Below, piece by piece: positions 10,059 through 20,540 of a stretch of DNA of 64,000 nucleotides. Origin of the DNA: a virus. Its lineage: Duplodnaviria > Heunggongvirae > Uroviricota > Caudoviricetes. The translations under genes and the position numbers were made by a program. Each line of letters begins with the position of its first letter. Position 1 is the stretch's first letter. The DNA lies in IMG/VR virus record IMGVR_UViG_3300035670_000139, one strand, 5' to 3'. The notes below the pieces were generated by a model. That model worked only from the letters and a program-made list of their open reading frames with translations, ran no database searches and was not told the DNA's origin.

Positions 10059-10461
10059 TGTAAGTAAGCCAAACTTTAATATTGTGCGACAAAGAGCTTT
10101 ATTTGGCACGGCAAGAGCATTAAAATTTTTAGCAACTAACATTAATAAAGAAATTACTGAGTCAATGGAAAGAAATGATAAAACTGGTGCGGTTAATGAT
10201 TTAAAAACTTTATTATTAGGAGTTACATATAGACGCTCTGCTCCTCAAGAGGCATTAAGTAGTGATAGTGGTGAGTCTATTAAAAAAGTGGATTACACTA
10301 TTAGTAACCCGCTTAGAATTGTTGGTGGATTTAAAAAGTTTCAAACTAACTATGTTCGTAGATGGGAAAAAAATGATGATATTAGCGTTAGAAGACCTAC
10401 TGTATTAAAAGCTTTAAATAAGGCTAAAACATTACAAAATAAAACAACACAATTTTTTTAA
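10042..10461 (+). CDS. Hypothetical protein (head-tail joining / completion candidate)
   Basis: 139 aa, basic, lying between the head and tail modules. Confidence 0.45.
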   Translation: MTFKVSVSKPNFNIVRQRALFGTARALKFLATNINKEITESMERNDKTGAVNDLKTLLLGVTYRRSAPQEALSSDSGESIKKVDYTISNPLRIVGGFKKFQTNYVRRWEKNDDISVRRPTVLKALNKAKTLQNKTTQFF

Positions 10462-10467
10462 CATAAT

Positions 10468-11667
10468 ATGCAACATCAATCTTATGAATTGCAAATTTTA
10501 AATTTACTTTTAAATAACATTCAAGTAAAACCATTACTAAGAACATTTGGCGTTCAACATCAAATATTAAATATGTCAATTGTTCCAATTGAAAATACAA
10601 GTCAATATAAAGCTATTTTCACTGTTAGTAAGAATAGCTACGAAAGTTTGCAAGCAAAAGGATCGTCAAGCAACGATTTATTGAAAAGATTAAATTTTTA
10701 TATTGGTAATATTAAGGTTAAAAATAAAGTTAAATTTTTTGACTTTCAAAGACTAAGTGATAACAGTGCTATTGCAAATATCAAATTTACCGAACAACCG
10801 AAAGTTTTTAACGATGAAAACATTAAACTTGATGGTGGGCTTAGTAATTATGCGTTAAATTACAAAGTAATAGGTATAAATGATGGGATTAAATGCTGGT
10901 GTTCTACTGAAAATAACACACCGCCATTACCAGCAACTACTCAATTAGTAAATCCTGATTTATATTTATTTAATGCTTATAATAATGGGTTTAACAAGCT
11001 ACATACATTAGAATTTTTGCCTATAGTAAATGAAATTTATAAAATTGGAATTACCTTTACGCCTAATACGCTAATGCCTATAGATATTAGTCTTATTAAT
11101 TTTAATGAAGGGTATATTTTTGAAGATAATTTTTTTGCAGTATCTAGCATTAATTTTGAAACTCAAGGCAAAAGAATATTAAACATCAATCCATTAAATA
11201 CTACCCAAACTTTTAATAAATCTGCAAATAACAATACACAAGCATTTTCTAACAACACCAATATGTATAATGCAGCAAAAAGAAGCATTTACAATATTGC
11301 ATTAGAGGCTATTTTTAATGATAATAATGGTGTAAATTCCGACATTAATGAAAATTTTAATAACCAAACAAATGTGATGGCATCTTATTATCAGGCTAAG
11401 TTAGATAGTGAAATTAGATCATCTTTAAGTGTATCGCCATTAACGCCAATTTTAGATGCAGAAACTAATGTACAAAATAATTGTTATTTAGCAAATATTA
11501 TTGCTTCGTCTTTTATAGATAGAAGTTCTGAAAACAATCCCCTAAGTATTGCTTTTACCATTGAAGTTTTAGAAGATATTACATTTTCTAACAAAAAATA
11601 TCATAGTGATGCAGAGGGTTATAAGGTTGATAGTGTTAATGTAAATGGGCTTTATGCAAATAATTAA
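10468..11667 (+). CDS. Hypothetical structural protein
   Basis: 399-aa ORF, Asn-rich. Confidence 0.5.
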   Translation: MQHQSYELQILNLLLNNIQVKPLLRTFGVQHQILNMSIVPIENTSQYKAIFTVSKNSYESLQAKGSSSNDLLKRLNFYIGNIKVKNKVKFFDFQRLSDNSAIANIKFTEQPKVFNDENIKLDGGLSNYALNYKVIGINDGIKCWCSTENNTPPLPATTQLVNPDLYLFNAYNNGFNKLHTLEFLPIVNEIYKIGITFTPNTLMPIDISLINFNEGYIFEDNFFAVSSINFETQGKRILNINPLNTTQTFNKSANNNTQAFSNNTNMYNAAKRSIYNIALEAIFNDNNGVNSDINENFNNQTNVMASYYQAKLDSEIRSSLSVSPLTPILDAETNVQNNCYLANIIASSFIDRSSENNPLSIAFTIEVLEDITFSNKKYHSDAEGYKVDSVNVNGLYANN

Positions 11668-11687
11668 AAAATTTAATTTAAAAAAGC

Positions 11688-11715
11688 TTGACAATTATTT
11701 TTTTTAATGTAAAAT
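11688..11715 (+). promoter_or_regulatory. Sigma70-like promoter: TTGACA, 16-nt spacer, TGnTAAAAT (extended -10)
   Basis: -35 TTGACA at 11688-11693. TG at 11707-11708 and TAAAAT at 11710-11715. Located 17 nt upstream of the sheath gene ATG. Confidence 0.5.
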
Positions 11716-11731
11716 TTTAATAAAATTAGTT

Positions 11732-13378
11732 TTGATGAATATGGCAAATACCTCGTTTCCAAATATACAATCTGTTAATCAAATTGCTTTTACACCACTA
11801 GACCAAGTATTAACTACTGGCAGGGTATTAATTGTTGGCCAAAGTAAAAATATTACTACAACAAAAGAATTTTATGCTAATATTCAACTATGGGATAAGG
11901 CAACTATTGAAAATACTTTTGGTAAAGGGCAAGAAATTACAATGAAACTTTTAGATGCCTTAACTATTACAAACCAATCGCCAATCAATGCTTACAAACC
12001 AATCATTGATGCAATTTGCTATAAGGACGATGAAGCAACTTGGGGCGATGCTACATTTTGGATAGATGTCACTGGCACAAGCTCTATTAGTGGTTCGGTT
12101 AAAATTGTTTTTAATAAAAATAATATTAACAGACTAAATGCTGAAATTGCAACTCGTTTTGCAATGATGAAACATGAAAATGCTGCGGTAAATGGTATTT
12201 CATTGGAAGGCAATACTTTGCTTGGTTCTCCAAAAAACATATCTAAACCATTTAACCAAAAATACAATACTTCCTATGAAAATGATAGTTTCATTATTGT
12301 AGATATAGCAAAAAATGCAACAAACTTAACGGTGGCGTCTGCAATAAATAGTGCTATTAATAATAATTCTAATATTCCTTTTACTTCAACGGTAAGTAAT
12401 GGTAGAGTTATCTTAACGCCAAAAAACAAAGGTGCAGCGGTCAATTCTTATAATATACAAGAGGTTACTAACACAACTAACAAAAGTATTACATTGGCAT
12501 TTTCATTAAATACTCCAGTTAATGTTGACAATGTTCCTGATTTAACAAATTTCTTTACAACGCCTGTTAATGGGGATGGCGTAACAATTGACAATATTAA
12601 GTATGATTTTTTCTCCTTTCCAACAGAATATCTAAAAAAATCTGCTAATTTTACAGTAATTGCAAACGCATTACAAGTTAAATATAACTCACCTTTAAAT
12701 AATAACATAAGTGATGGACATGTTATTTTCTTTGATAGTTTAAATACATCAGATGATACGGAAATTAATAGTTTAGCAACAAAATTTCCTATTGATGAAA
12801 ATTTGAATAGTAATAGAAACTCAAATTTTAGTGTTGTTGCATTAAAGAAAAATGGTTTATCAAACCAAGCTGTGATTAGTAGTTTAGATATTAGTAAATT
12901 AGCAGCTAAAAAGTTTTCATATTGCAGTCTTGCAAACGATGTATTACAACAAGCTCCAATTTATACATTGAAAATTAGTGGTGATTTTCAAGATTTATTA
13001 GTAAATAAACTAGTTAATAGATATCAAAGATTATTTACAAGCATTGCATTATTAAGAGGTGAACTTTTAGAAAAAAATTATACTGATAATAAAGATATTA
13101 TTGACCCTAATAATTATGTAAATAAAGCTACTATTATTTTATTATTCCAGCAAATTAATAAAGCATTAACAATTGGCGATATAAATGACGAGCTGTATAG
13201 TGATAAATTTGCTGGTATTATAGATACTAATGAGCAAGTAAATGATTTATTTAATCAAATACTAGATAATGGTATTAAATTTGATGTAGGTAGTAAAACT
13301 TTAAGTGTAGATACTTATAATAAATATCCTAATGCTTTGGAAGGTATTTTGATTAATAATAAATATACAAACCAATAA
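11732..13378 (+). CDS. Tail sheath protein candidate
   Basis: 548 aa, followed directly by a 133-aa ORF. Sheath-tube-chaperones-tape-measure synteny matches Mu/P2-like tails. Confidence 0.45.
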   Translation: MMNMANTSFPNIQSVNQIAFTPLDQVLTTGRVLIVGQSKNITTTKEFYANIQLWDKATIENTFGKGQEITMKLLDALTITNQSPINAYKPIIDAICYKDDEATWGDATFWIDVTGTSSISGSVKIVFNKNNINRLNAEIATRFAMMKHENAAVNGISLEGNTLLGSPKNISKPFNQKYNTSYENDSFIIVDIAKNATNLTVASAINSAINNNSNIPFTSTVSNGRVILTPKNKGAAVNSYNIQEVTNTTNKSITLAFSLNTPVNVDNVPDLTNFFTTPVNGDGVTIDNIKYDFFSFPTEYLKKSANFTVIANALQVKYNSPLNNNISDGHVIFFDSLNTSDDTEINSLATKFPIDENLNSNRNSNFSVVALKKNGLSNQAVISSLDISKLAAKKFSYCSLANDVLQQAPIYTLKISGDFQDLLVNKLVNRYQRLFTSIALLRGELLEKNYTDNKDIIDPNNYVNKATIILLFQQINKALTIGDINDELYSDKFAGIIDTNEQVNDLFNQILDNGIKFDVGSKTLSVDTYNKYPNALEGILINNKYTNQ

Positions 13379-13392
13379 TTATTTGTTTTTTT

Positions 13393-13794
13393 ATGGCTAC
13401 AACAAGTGCTCAATATTTTATAGATGGTAATGGAATTAAGAATTTACTTTTAAATCCATTAATAGACGATGCAGATATGTCATCTATTGGTAATTTACCA
13501 ACAAGTAATCTGAAAGCGTCTTTTGTTATGACAAATGGTGGTGCTCTTAATGGGCAAAGTAATTATGAAGCGAAACAATGGAGTGTTACTTATTTAAATT
13601 CTAAATTACGAGCATTGGGAAATGCTCAAAAAAAATTCTTTGAAACAGTAGATCCTACAATACAATATACTTTAACACGAGTTGGTGATGGCGAAAGAAA
13701 ACAATATACTTTATGTGTAGAGAATGCTGTAGAAATTGGTGAAAATAGGAATACAAAAATTACCCAAACTTACACTGTAGCAGTTTTAAAATAA
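13393..13794 (+). CDS. Tail tube protein candidate
   Basis: 133 aa, immediately downstream of the sheath candidate. Confidence 0.4.
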   Translation: MATTSAQYFIDGNGIKNLLLNPLIDDADMSSIGNLPTSNLKASFVMTNGGALNGQSNYEAKQWSVTYLNSKLRALGNAQKKFFETVDPTIQYTLTRVGDGERKQYTLCVENAVEIGENRNTKITQTYTVAVLK

Positions 13795-13795
13795 T

Positions 13796-14761
13796 ATGAG
13801 TAATCTTTCATTTATAGAGCAATTACAACAAGACAATATTGGTATTGCTGAATACTTATTTGAAAATGATAGTAAAGAAATTAAAAAATATCATTTACAA
13901 AATGTTCAATTTGGTTTAGCAAAAGTTAAAAATATTAAAGGTGATTTTGAAGAAAAATATGGTTTGCTTTTTACATTACACTCAAAACTATGTAATGTAA
14001 TGAATATTTTAGATAATGATGAGTTAGATGTAGCAGTTACAGAATTATTCATAGCAGAGCCTTCTGGTGCGTTTAGAAGCGATTTAGAGACCTTAGGTAA
14101 TTATATAGCTCAAATTGTAGATAGCGGTGAAAAATTAGCCGTTACATCCGTTTTAAATAACATATCTGTTTCTGCAATGACACAGATAGCGGATCAAGTT
14201 AAAGTAGCTGATAATGCTTCAAATGTAAATAATGAAGACTTAACAACTGAAATGCTTTACTCGCAAGACACACAAGAGACTAATAAAAATAAAGAGTATA
14301 ATTACAGAGTAAATGTTTTTGAAGTATTATATGCTACCTTAGGTAGACATAGAAGCGTGGTTGATTTTAACACTGGTATTTCACATTTAACGCCACTAAA
14401 AGAATATTTTAACAAATTTGTTTTAAGCAATAACCTCTTTTACATAAAAGACGAGCATGATAACATTGGGGATGGTTATTATGTAAATGTAAATAAATAT
14501 TTAACGCAAGTAGAGGAAAAATTTAAACCTCTATATGATGTATTGAAAAATGGTTTTCGTGGACTGCATTTTGAATTACAATTAGAAATTATTGCTTGGT
14601 ATAATGCTTTTTTTTTTCTTTTATTGGAAAACAGAAGTATAATAGATGTAATAAACCTGTCCAAAATGGCAATAACACTAGAGGAATTACGCAATGCAAC
14701 ATACAAAGAGCAAATCAAAAGAATAGAGGAAGTAATACTATTACAGGATGCAACGCCATAA
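13796..14761 (+). CDS. Tail assembly chaperone candidate
   Basis: Lies between the tube and tape-measure genes; acidic. Confidence 0.3.
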   Translation: MSNLSFIEQLQQDNIGIAEYLFENDSKEIKKYHLQNVQFGLAKVKNIKGDFEEKYGLLFTLHSKLCNVMNILDNDELDVAVTELFIAEPSGAFRSDLETLGNYIAQIVDSGEKLAVTSVLNNISVSAMTQIADQVKVADNASNVNNEDLTTEMLYSQDTQETNKNKEYNYRVNVFEVLYATLGRHRSVVDFNTGISHLTPLKEYFNKFVLSNNLFYIKDEHDNIGDGYYVNVNKYLTQVEEKFKPLYDVLKNGFRGLHFELQLEIIAWYNAFFFLLLENRSIIDVINLSKMAITLEELRNATYKEQIKRIEEVILLQDATP

Positions 14762-14790
14762 ATATAAATCAATATAATGATTTAAAAAGC

Positions 14791-15051
14791 TTGCAATTTT
14801 ATCAAAACAAAATAGAATATTTGGTAAATATTTTAGCCGCAGTTAATACTAACGATATGTTTAAAATTTTAGAAAACATTACTGGAGGTTTAACTCTTGA
14901 TGTTGTATTATCTAAAAGACTAGAAATTGCAAGTATTACAAACAATGTATATAACCCAGACCAAATAAAAAAATTATCGTTTTCTGATATGATGGAATTA
15001 TTGCATTTTTATCAAGCAAAAATTAATATCCTAAATAATGAACGACAATAA
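14791..15051 (+). CDS. Small protein upstream of the tape measure gene (second chaperone candidate)
   Basis: 86 aa; overlaps the tape measure gene start. Confidence 0.3.
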   Translation: MQFYQNKIEYLVNILAAVNTNDMFKILENITGGLTLDVVLSKRLEIASITNNVYNPDQIKKLSFSDMMELLHFYQAKINILNNERQ

Positions 15052-16924
15052 TTATCAAATTAAATATACATTAACTGGTAGAGATGATAATCTAACAGCG
15101 TTGTTAAATAAAATATCTAAAACCTTAGATGATATCAATAGAAAACAAAGTGTATTTTTTGATAAATCCTCTACTTTACAAAAAAGCCTTTTAGAAAAAC
15201 AGATTGCATATAGTAAAAAAACACAAGATTTAAATAATGCTAACCAAAAACAAGCTATTTTACAAAATAAAATTTTAGAAAAAGCGAACCTTGATATTGC
15301 TAACAAAAAAACCCGTAATAAAATTGCAGAAAATAAGTTAAATGAAATGCAATTTAACAAAGAAAGAAAAAATACGAAAGAACAAGCAAAACTTGAAGAA
15401 CTGGCACATATTAGAGAAAAAAGACGCATTGCTGAAAGAGGTAAAGAAAAAATATACTGGTCACAACAAGAATTAAAATATTTAGATGGCTATCAAAAAG
15501 TTAGAATGCAAAATTACATTAGACAACAAAAACAAGCTGATAGACAAATGTCTACTAGAGATATGCTACAATATGGTATTGGTGGATATATTGGTTATGA
15601 GGCAGGTAAAGGAGCTATTAAACAAGCAATTATTAATCCATTAAAAGAATATGCTGGATATCAAAACTTAAAATTAGTATCCGAAGCTGTATATGGGGAA
15701 AACGCACAAAATATGTATAATCTAATGGAGCGTAGGGCCTTAAAATATGGTGAAAGTATGATAGATAACGAAGCTTTATTTAAACAAACTGGATCTATTT
15801 TTCCTAAAGACTTTAAAAAACAACAGGCAGTTTTTGAGACAATGTTAAATTTGTCAACTGCTTTTTCTAGTAATCAACAAGAAAAACAATTATCAAATAC
15901 CCAGTTAGTGCAAGTCTTTAAGCAATTACAGGCTGGAATGTTGCCAAATAGTGCCCAAGATTTACGACCGCTATTAAACAGAGGTATTGACTTAACAAAA
16001 TATTTAGGTGAGTTTTTAAAATTAAAACGCCCAGCTACTAGAAAAGACTTTGCACAAATTGCTGGTAATCCAGATAAGATTTATGAATTTGTTAATTTTA
16101 TTAATGACTCTCAACAAGTAAAGCAATTACTAGGGAAAAAACAAATTTCTTTAGGTTCTGCAATTGATAGAAGCAAACAAACATTTAGCTTATTATCCGC
16201 TAGAGTTGGTAAGAGCGTTGATGAAGCCTACAATGTAAGTGAAAACATGCATAAAGTTTTAAACTCAATGCTAGACTCTCAGGGTAATTTAAGTAAAACT
16301 ATTACAACAATTATAGATACTCTTGGGCCTTTAGCTTTACCAGCTACTATTGCAGCATTTATTGGAATAGCTAAAATTGGAAGTATGATGCCAGGAGCAA
16401 ATATCAGCTTTATTTCAAATGGTTTATTAAATGTTTCTAAACTATTAGGCCCAGTTGCTATAATGTTATCATCTTTACTCGGAAAAGGTTTTGATTGGAG
16501 TATTATAACTAATGAAAAAGTGGATACAATGGGCAAAGTATTACCAATTGCCGCTAGAGCAATAGAATATTTAATTGATTTTTTGTTAATTGTAAAAGGT
16601 GGCCCTTTAGGTATGGTTGCTGGAGGCTTGTCTGCTTTAGTTAAATTTTACAAAGATAATATAGCTAGTAGAAATGAAAATAGTCAGTCAAAAGGCATTG
16701 ATAGACATGGTAATAAAGGCTTAATTGGAAATGCTTTTGCTAGCTTATTCACTAGTGAAAATCAAGAAAAAAAACCAACACACAATACAAATAATATACA
16801 AGTGCATTTTACCCATACTGTTGAAGCCCCTAATGGGCATAATGTGACAACTAAAATTAAACAACCAGTCACAAATGATACTTTATGGAAAGATAATTTA
16901 CAACAATTTGCAGCAAGTTATTAA
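15038..16924 (+). CDS. Tail tape measure protein
   Basis: N-terminal long coiled coil, then Gly/Ala/Ile-rich hydrophobic segments (LGPLALPATIAAFIGIAKIGSMMPGANISF..LLGPVAIMLSSLLGKG) typical of tape measure proteins. Position after the chaperone-like ORFs. Confidence 0.5.
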   Translation: MNDNNYQIKYTLTGRDDNLTALLNKISKTLDDINRKQSVFFDKSSTLQKSLLEKQIAYSKKTQDLNNANQKQAILQNKILEKANLDIANKKTRNKIAENKLNEMQFNKERKNTKEQAKLEELAHIREKRRIAERGKEKIYWSQQELKYLDGYQKVRMQNYIRQQKQADRQMSTRDMLQYGIGGYIGYEAGKGAIKQAIINPLKEYAGYQNLKLVSEAVYGENAQNMYNLMERRALKYGESMIDNEALFKQTGSIFPKDFKKQQAVFETMLNLSTAFSSNQQEKQLSNTQLVQVFKQLQAGMLPNSAQDLRPLLNRGIDLTKYLGEFLKLKRPATRKDFAQIAGNPDKIYEFVNFINDSQQVKQLLGKKQISLGSAIDRSKQTFSLLSARVGKSVDEAYNVSENMHKVLNSMLDSQGNLSKTITTIIDTLGPLALPATIAAFIGIAKIGSMMPGANISFISNGLLNVSKLLGPVAIMLSSLLGKGFDWSIITNEKVDTMGKVLPIAARAIEYLIDFLLIVKGGPLGMVAGGLSALVKFYKDNIASRNENSQSKGIDRHGNKGLIGNAFASLFTSENQEKKPTHNTNNIQVHFTHTVEAPNGHNVTTKIKQPVTNDTLWKDNLQQFAASY

Positions 16925-16941
16925 ATTAATGAAAAAATAAT

Positions 16942-18336
16942 ATGGCAATTTTAGAAAGTATATCAGAAAATGGTGTTGTTAATAGTATTGTAGTTGACAC
17001 TGTAGAAGAGTTACAAATTACATATCATATTCAAAACACAACCCATTCTTTAGTAGGTAGTGCTAGGCAAATTTATGAAAGTATGTCTAAAAATAGCGAC
17101 TTATCGCAAGTTGCTAAAACAATGCAAATTATTTTTAAAGTTCCGTATAAAAAAATTAGTAATAATTTAACTCAGTCTACTACAGCTACTTTAGATAGCA
17201 CAAATAGCCTTAGAGATACTTTAATATCAATGTTGACATCTGGCCGTGAATTAAAATTTACCCCAGACCAAACTGGTATTGCATTTTTTGTTAATGTTGA
17301 TGGTAAGCCAGTAGAAACAATACAAAATGTTTTTGGGTCTACTATTACTGTAAATTTTACTACTGCAAGACAACCTTATGCAACAGATTGGTTAAGTAAT
17401 CCAATAGTTGCCGATACAACAGTTAAAAAACCTAGTTTTTTTGATAAATTAAAAAAGGCGTTTCAAAAAACTTGTGATTTTAGAGATAAGGCTCAAGATA
17501 AAATTGCTGTTGCAACTGGGTATTGTAATAATATAGCAGCTAAGACAAATGCCTTAAGTCAACAATTAAACATTACAAGCAATATGATAAATAGTGCTTT
17601 TGATGGTTTAAGCGTTATAGCAGAAGCAAGACAAAATTTTACAAACCAATTAACATATTTGGTATCATCTATTAAAAATATTCCTAATAATTTTAATAAT
17701 CATTTACAAAAATTACTAGATAGCGTAAGGGGCATTAGTAGCGTCTATCAAACAACAAATACAGATCAAGGTAATGCTTTAGATACGGATTTATTATTAG
17801 ATATATCTGAAGGCATTAGCAATGTCCCTACCGAAGACACCTATGAGACGACAAAATATGATATGTTTGGCAATGCGTATAAAGCATATATTACAACTGC
17901 TGGTAATAGTAATAATGCAATACAAGCTCGTAAAAATATTTTATTTTTACAATTATTATTTTATATTGCTATTATTTTTGAAGTTTATGAAAAAATCCAA
18001 AATATACAAACAATCAATTTAATTGACTTAGAAAGAATACATAGCAAAATAATGGTTTTATATAACAAGATTATTAACCATCCGTATTTAGATATAGATT
18101 TAATGCAGACGGTAAATGAGGCACACGCAATTTATCAAGATAACTTTAGTGCATTGCAAAAAGTGGCTACAAAATATGTAGATATAAATGTCTTAGAGCC
18201 AACTCCTTTGATTACTTTAATTAGCAACATTAACAATGGAAATAATTTAGATTTTATTGACGAAACAATTGCAATTAATAAATTTACTGATATATTTGCT
18301 ATAACAGATAAAGTTCGTATTCTTGTCAATGAATAA
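16942..18336 (+). CDS. Tail/baseplate protein (Mu N 'DNA circulation'-like by position)
   Basis: 464 aa; by synteny with Mu-like tail modules this follows the tape measure gene. Confidence 0.3.
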   Translation: MAILESISENGVVNSIVVDTVEELQITYHIQNTTHSLVGSARQIYESMSKNSDLSQVAKTMQIIFKVPYKKISNNLTQSTTATLDSTNSLRDTLISMLTSGRELKFTPDQTGIAFFVNVDGKPVETIQNVFGSTITVNFTTARQPYATDWLSNPIVADTTVKKPSFFDKLKKAFQKTCDFRDKAQDKIAVATGYCNNIAAKTNALSQQLNITSNMINSAFDGLSVIAEARQNFTNQLTYLVSSIKNIPNNFNNHLQKLLDSVRGISSVYQTTNTDQGNALDTDLLLDISEGISNVPTEDTYETTKYDMFGNAYKAYITTAGNSNNAIQARKNILFLQLLFYIAIIFEVYEKIQNIQTINLIDLERIHSKIMVLYNKIINHPYLDIDLMQTVNEAHAIYQDNFSALQKVATKYVDINVLEPTPLITLISNINNGNNLDFIDETIAINKFTDIFAITDKVRILVNE

Positions 18337-19600
18337 AAAGTTTGATAACCATATAACGCTTGGCATTACTATTGATGGCTTTGATGTTGCTAACTTAAAT
18401 ATTCTAAGTATAGAGTTAGAGCAAACATCAGGCATTATTAGCACAAGAAAAGCAACTATTCGTTTTACAGAAGGTATTGGAGTTACAAATTTTAGAACTG
18501 CATCACAAGAATGGACAAGGTTATTATTAGGTTTAAAAATTAACAATAAACTATGGATACAAGGCTATGTTCCAACAAGGTTAGCTGATATACTTGAAAG
18601 TAAAACAAATACTGGAGGAACGATTTATAGAGTTGTAATTGATGATATATTTAGTAGCTTACTAACTTCTAGTCTTCCTAAAACAACTCGTGGAAGATTT
18701 AAAACATTTGAAAGTATGATGATTAATATTTTAAAAGAAATTAAAATTAACGAGGTGACGCAATATGGCGTTAAAGACAATTTTAAAATAGTTAAAAAAC
18801 CAATTTATGCTAAAGATAACTATGCAGACTTTGTGACATCTAAAAATAATTTTCATAAAACATTAACCATCTTAAGTAATCAAAATCAAACCCAAGAAGA
18901 TGTTGATGTAACAAGCGTTACAACTGCCTTAACTGCAAAAGATTTACTTGGCAATACATTATCAGCAAATATGTGTTGTTTAATTTCTGATGGCGTTGGA
19001 AATCTACGATTAGAAAAAATTAATGATGACATTACTGACCCAATACATAAAATTATTGTAGATGATAAACAAGGTAGTAATGTGAGTGCTAGCCCAATCA
19101 ATAATATTTTTCAAAATGCAAGCAATCATGGTAAGATTATTTTACAATATCGTTTAAAAAATAATCAAAATAACGATGCTACTGCATTACAAACAGCAAC
19201 AGTAGATAATCCTTATGGTGATCCTCATTCTATTGGTATTTATACTTTAAACGAACCTATTGCTACAAATACAGCAAAACAACTTTATACCCATTATTTA
19301 AATCAAGTTTCATCTGCAAGAAATTCAATCCAATATGAAATACCAGGGACTATGTTTGCAAGTGAAACAAAAGACTTATTTGAAGTTAATCGCCCAGTAA
19401 AAGTGCAAGATAGTTTTTGTAATATTGATGATACTCTTAATATTTTAGCAGTGACATTTAGCTATTCTAATGACTCATTTACTAAAACAACATTGTGGTT
19501 ACAACCCAATACTGCGTTTGTTGTAAGCGATGTTAATACTGCAGGTATTAAACAAAATGCTAAGCAAAAACGATTAATCCAAAATATTAATAAAAAATAA
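18323..19600 (+). CDS. Baseplate hub-like protein (by position)
   Basis: 425 aa; synteny position only. Confidence 0.3.
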   Translation: MSMNKKFDNHITLGITIDGFDVANLNILSIELEQTSGIISTRKATIRFTEGIGVTNFRTASQEWTRLLLGLKINNKLWIQGYVPTRLADILESKTNTGGTIYRVVIDDIFSSLLTSSLPKTTRGRFKTFESMMINILKEIKINEVTQYGVKDNFKIVKKPIYAKDNYADFVTSKNNFHKTLTILSNQNQTQEDVDVTSVTTALTAKDLLGNTLSANMCCLISDGVGNLRLEKINDDITDPIHKIIVDDKQGSNVSASPINNIFQNASNHGKIILQYRLKNNQNNDATALQTATVDNPYGDPHSIGIYTLNEPIATNTAKQLYTHYLNQVSSARNSIQYEIPGTMFASETKDLFEVNRPVKVQDSFCNIDDTLNILAVTFSYSNDSFTKTTLWLQPNTAFVVSDVNTAGIKQNAKQKRLIQNINKK

Positions 19601-19601
19601 A

Positions 19602-20123
19602 ATGTCTATAGATATTGTGCCTATTTTACCAAAAGATACTATAATACTAAAACAGAAAGCAAAAAGTATTGTATTAAATAAACCAGACAGTCTGCTTGGC
19701 CAAGATACTATGGTATTGATAAATCAATTGGGAGTATATGGTTTTAATAGCAATAAACAAGCATTAAGAATATGTCAACAACAAAGATTATATGCAATGC
19801 AAACTTGTAAAGCTAGCGATACCTATAATATGGTTTCAAAGTTAAAATTACAAAATGGCGATATGGCGTATAGTAATGACAAAATACATATTATTTTAAA
19901 GGCTGATAAATTGGATGTTTTAAATGATTTAACCTCGTTAAAGACAATTGTTGCAGAGTTAAAAACAGCAAATGCTAATTTGTTTAATGCTTTAAAAGCG
20001 TTAAAAGTTGTTGACCCAATAAGTGGTCAATTACCTTTAGACCCTAGTAGTATAACAGCCTTAGATAATATTAAAATTGCATACACAAATACTTTTAATA
20101 AAATTGATGAATTAATTGGATAA
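19602..20123 (+). CDS. Baseplate spike-like small protein (by position)
   Basis: 173 aa; synteny only. Confidence 0.25.
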   Translation: MSIDIVPILPKDTIILKQKAKSIVLNKPDSLLGQDTMVLINQLGVYGFNSNKQALRICQQQRLYAMQTCKASDTYNMVSKLKLQNGDMAYSNDKIHIILKADKLDVLNDLTSLKTIVAELKTANANLFNALKALKVVDPISGQLPLDPSSITALDNIKIAYTNTFNKIDELIG

Positions 20124-20125
20124 TT

Positions 20126-20539
20126 ATGGAAAATAAAATGTGTGCTTTAAAAGTTAAAGATAATAAATTTACTTTTGAATTAGATAAAAATGGTAATATC
20201 GTTAGAGAGCCAGCTCCACTTGCTCAAGCTAAATGGAATTTTTATGTGTATGGTAGACAAGATGCTTTTGAACAACCTTTAATTACTAATAGAAATGGTA
20301 ATATTAGAAGTTATATTTATGGACAGACAGTAGGCTCTTTATGCTATAAATATTATCTTGAAGCCAATAAAACACTAAGTAATTTAAGTCAAATTAAATT
20401 ACACTTGCAAAACAGCTTAGCACGAGATTATGCTCAAGGTATAATAAATGAAATTCCTACAATAAATATCTTGCAAAATAAAAAACAATACCTTACAATT
20501 AAATGTAAAGATGGCGAAACGGAATTAGAACTATATTGA
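20126..20539 (+). CDS. Baseplate wedge (gp25/W-like) candidate
   Basis: 137 aa; synteny only. Confidence 0.25.
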   Translation: MENKMCALKVKDNKFTFELDKNGNIVREPAPLAQAKWNFYVYGRQDAFEQPLITNRNGNIRSYIYGQTVGSLCYKYYLEANKTLSNLSQIKLHLQNSLARDYAQGIINEIPTINILQNKKQYLTIKCKDGETELELY

Positions 20540-20540
20540 T

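Noticed and set aside
11716-11723. Bacteroidota-type -7 promoter element (TAnnTTTG = TAGTTTTG) upstream of the sheath gene
   Set aside because: It is only 8 nt from the ATG. A consensus TTGACA ... TGnTAAAAT promoter sits just upstream. A single match is expected by chance in AT-rich DNA.
13796-15051. Programmed -1 frameshift between the two chaperone-like ORFs upstream of the tape measure gene
   Set aside because: The two ORFs are separated by 30 nt and do not overlap. No slippery heptamer is evident, so no frameshift fusion is supported.
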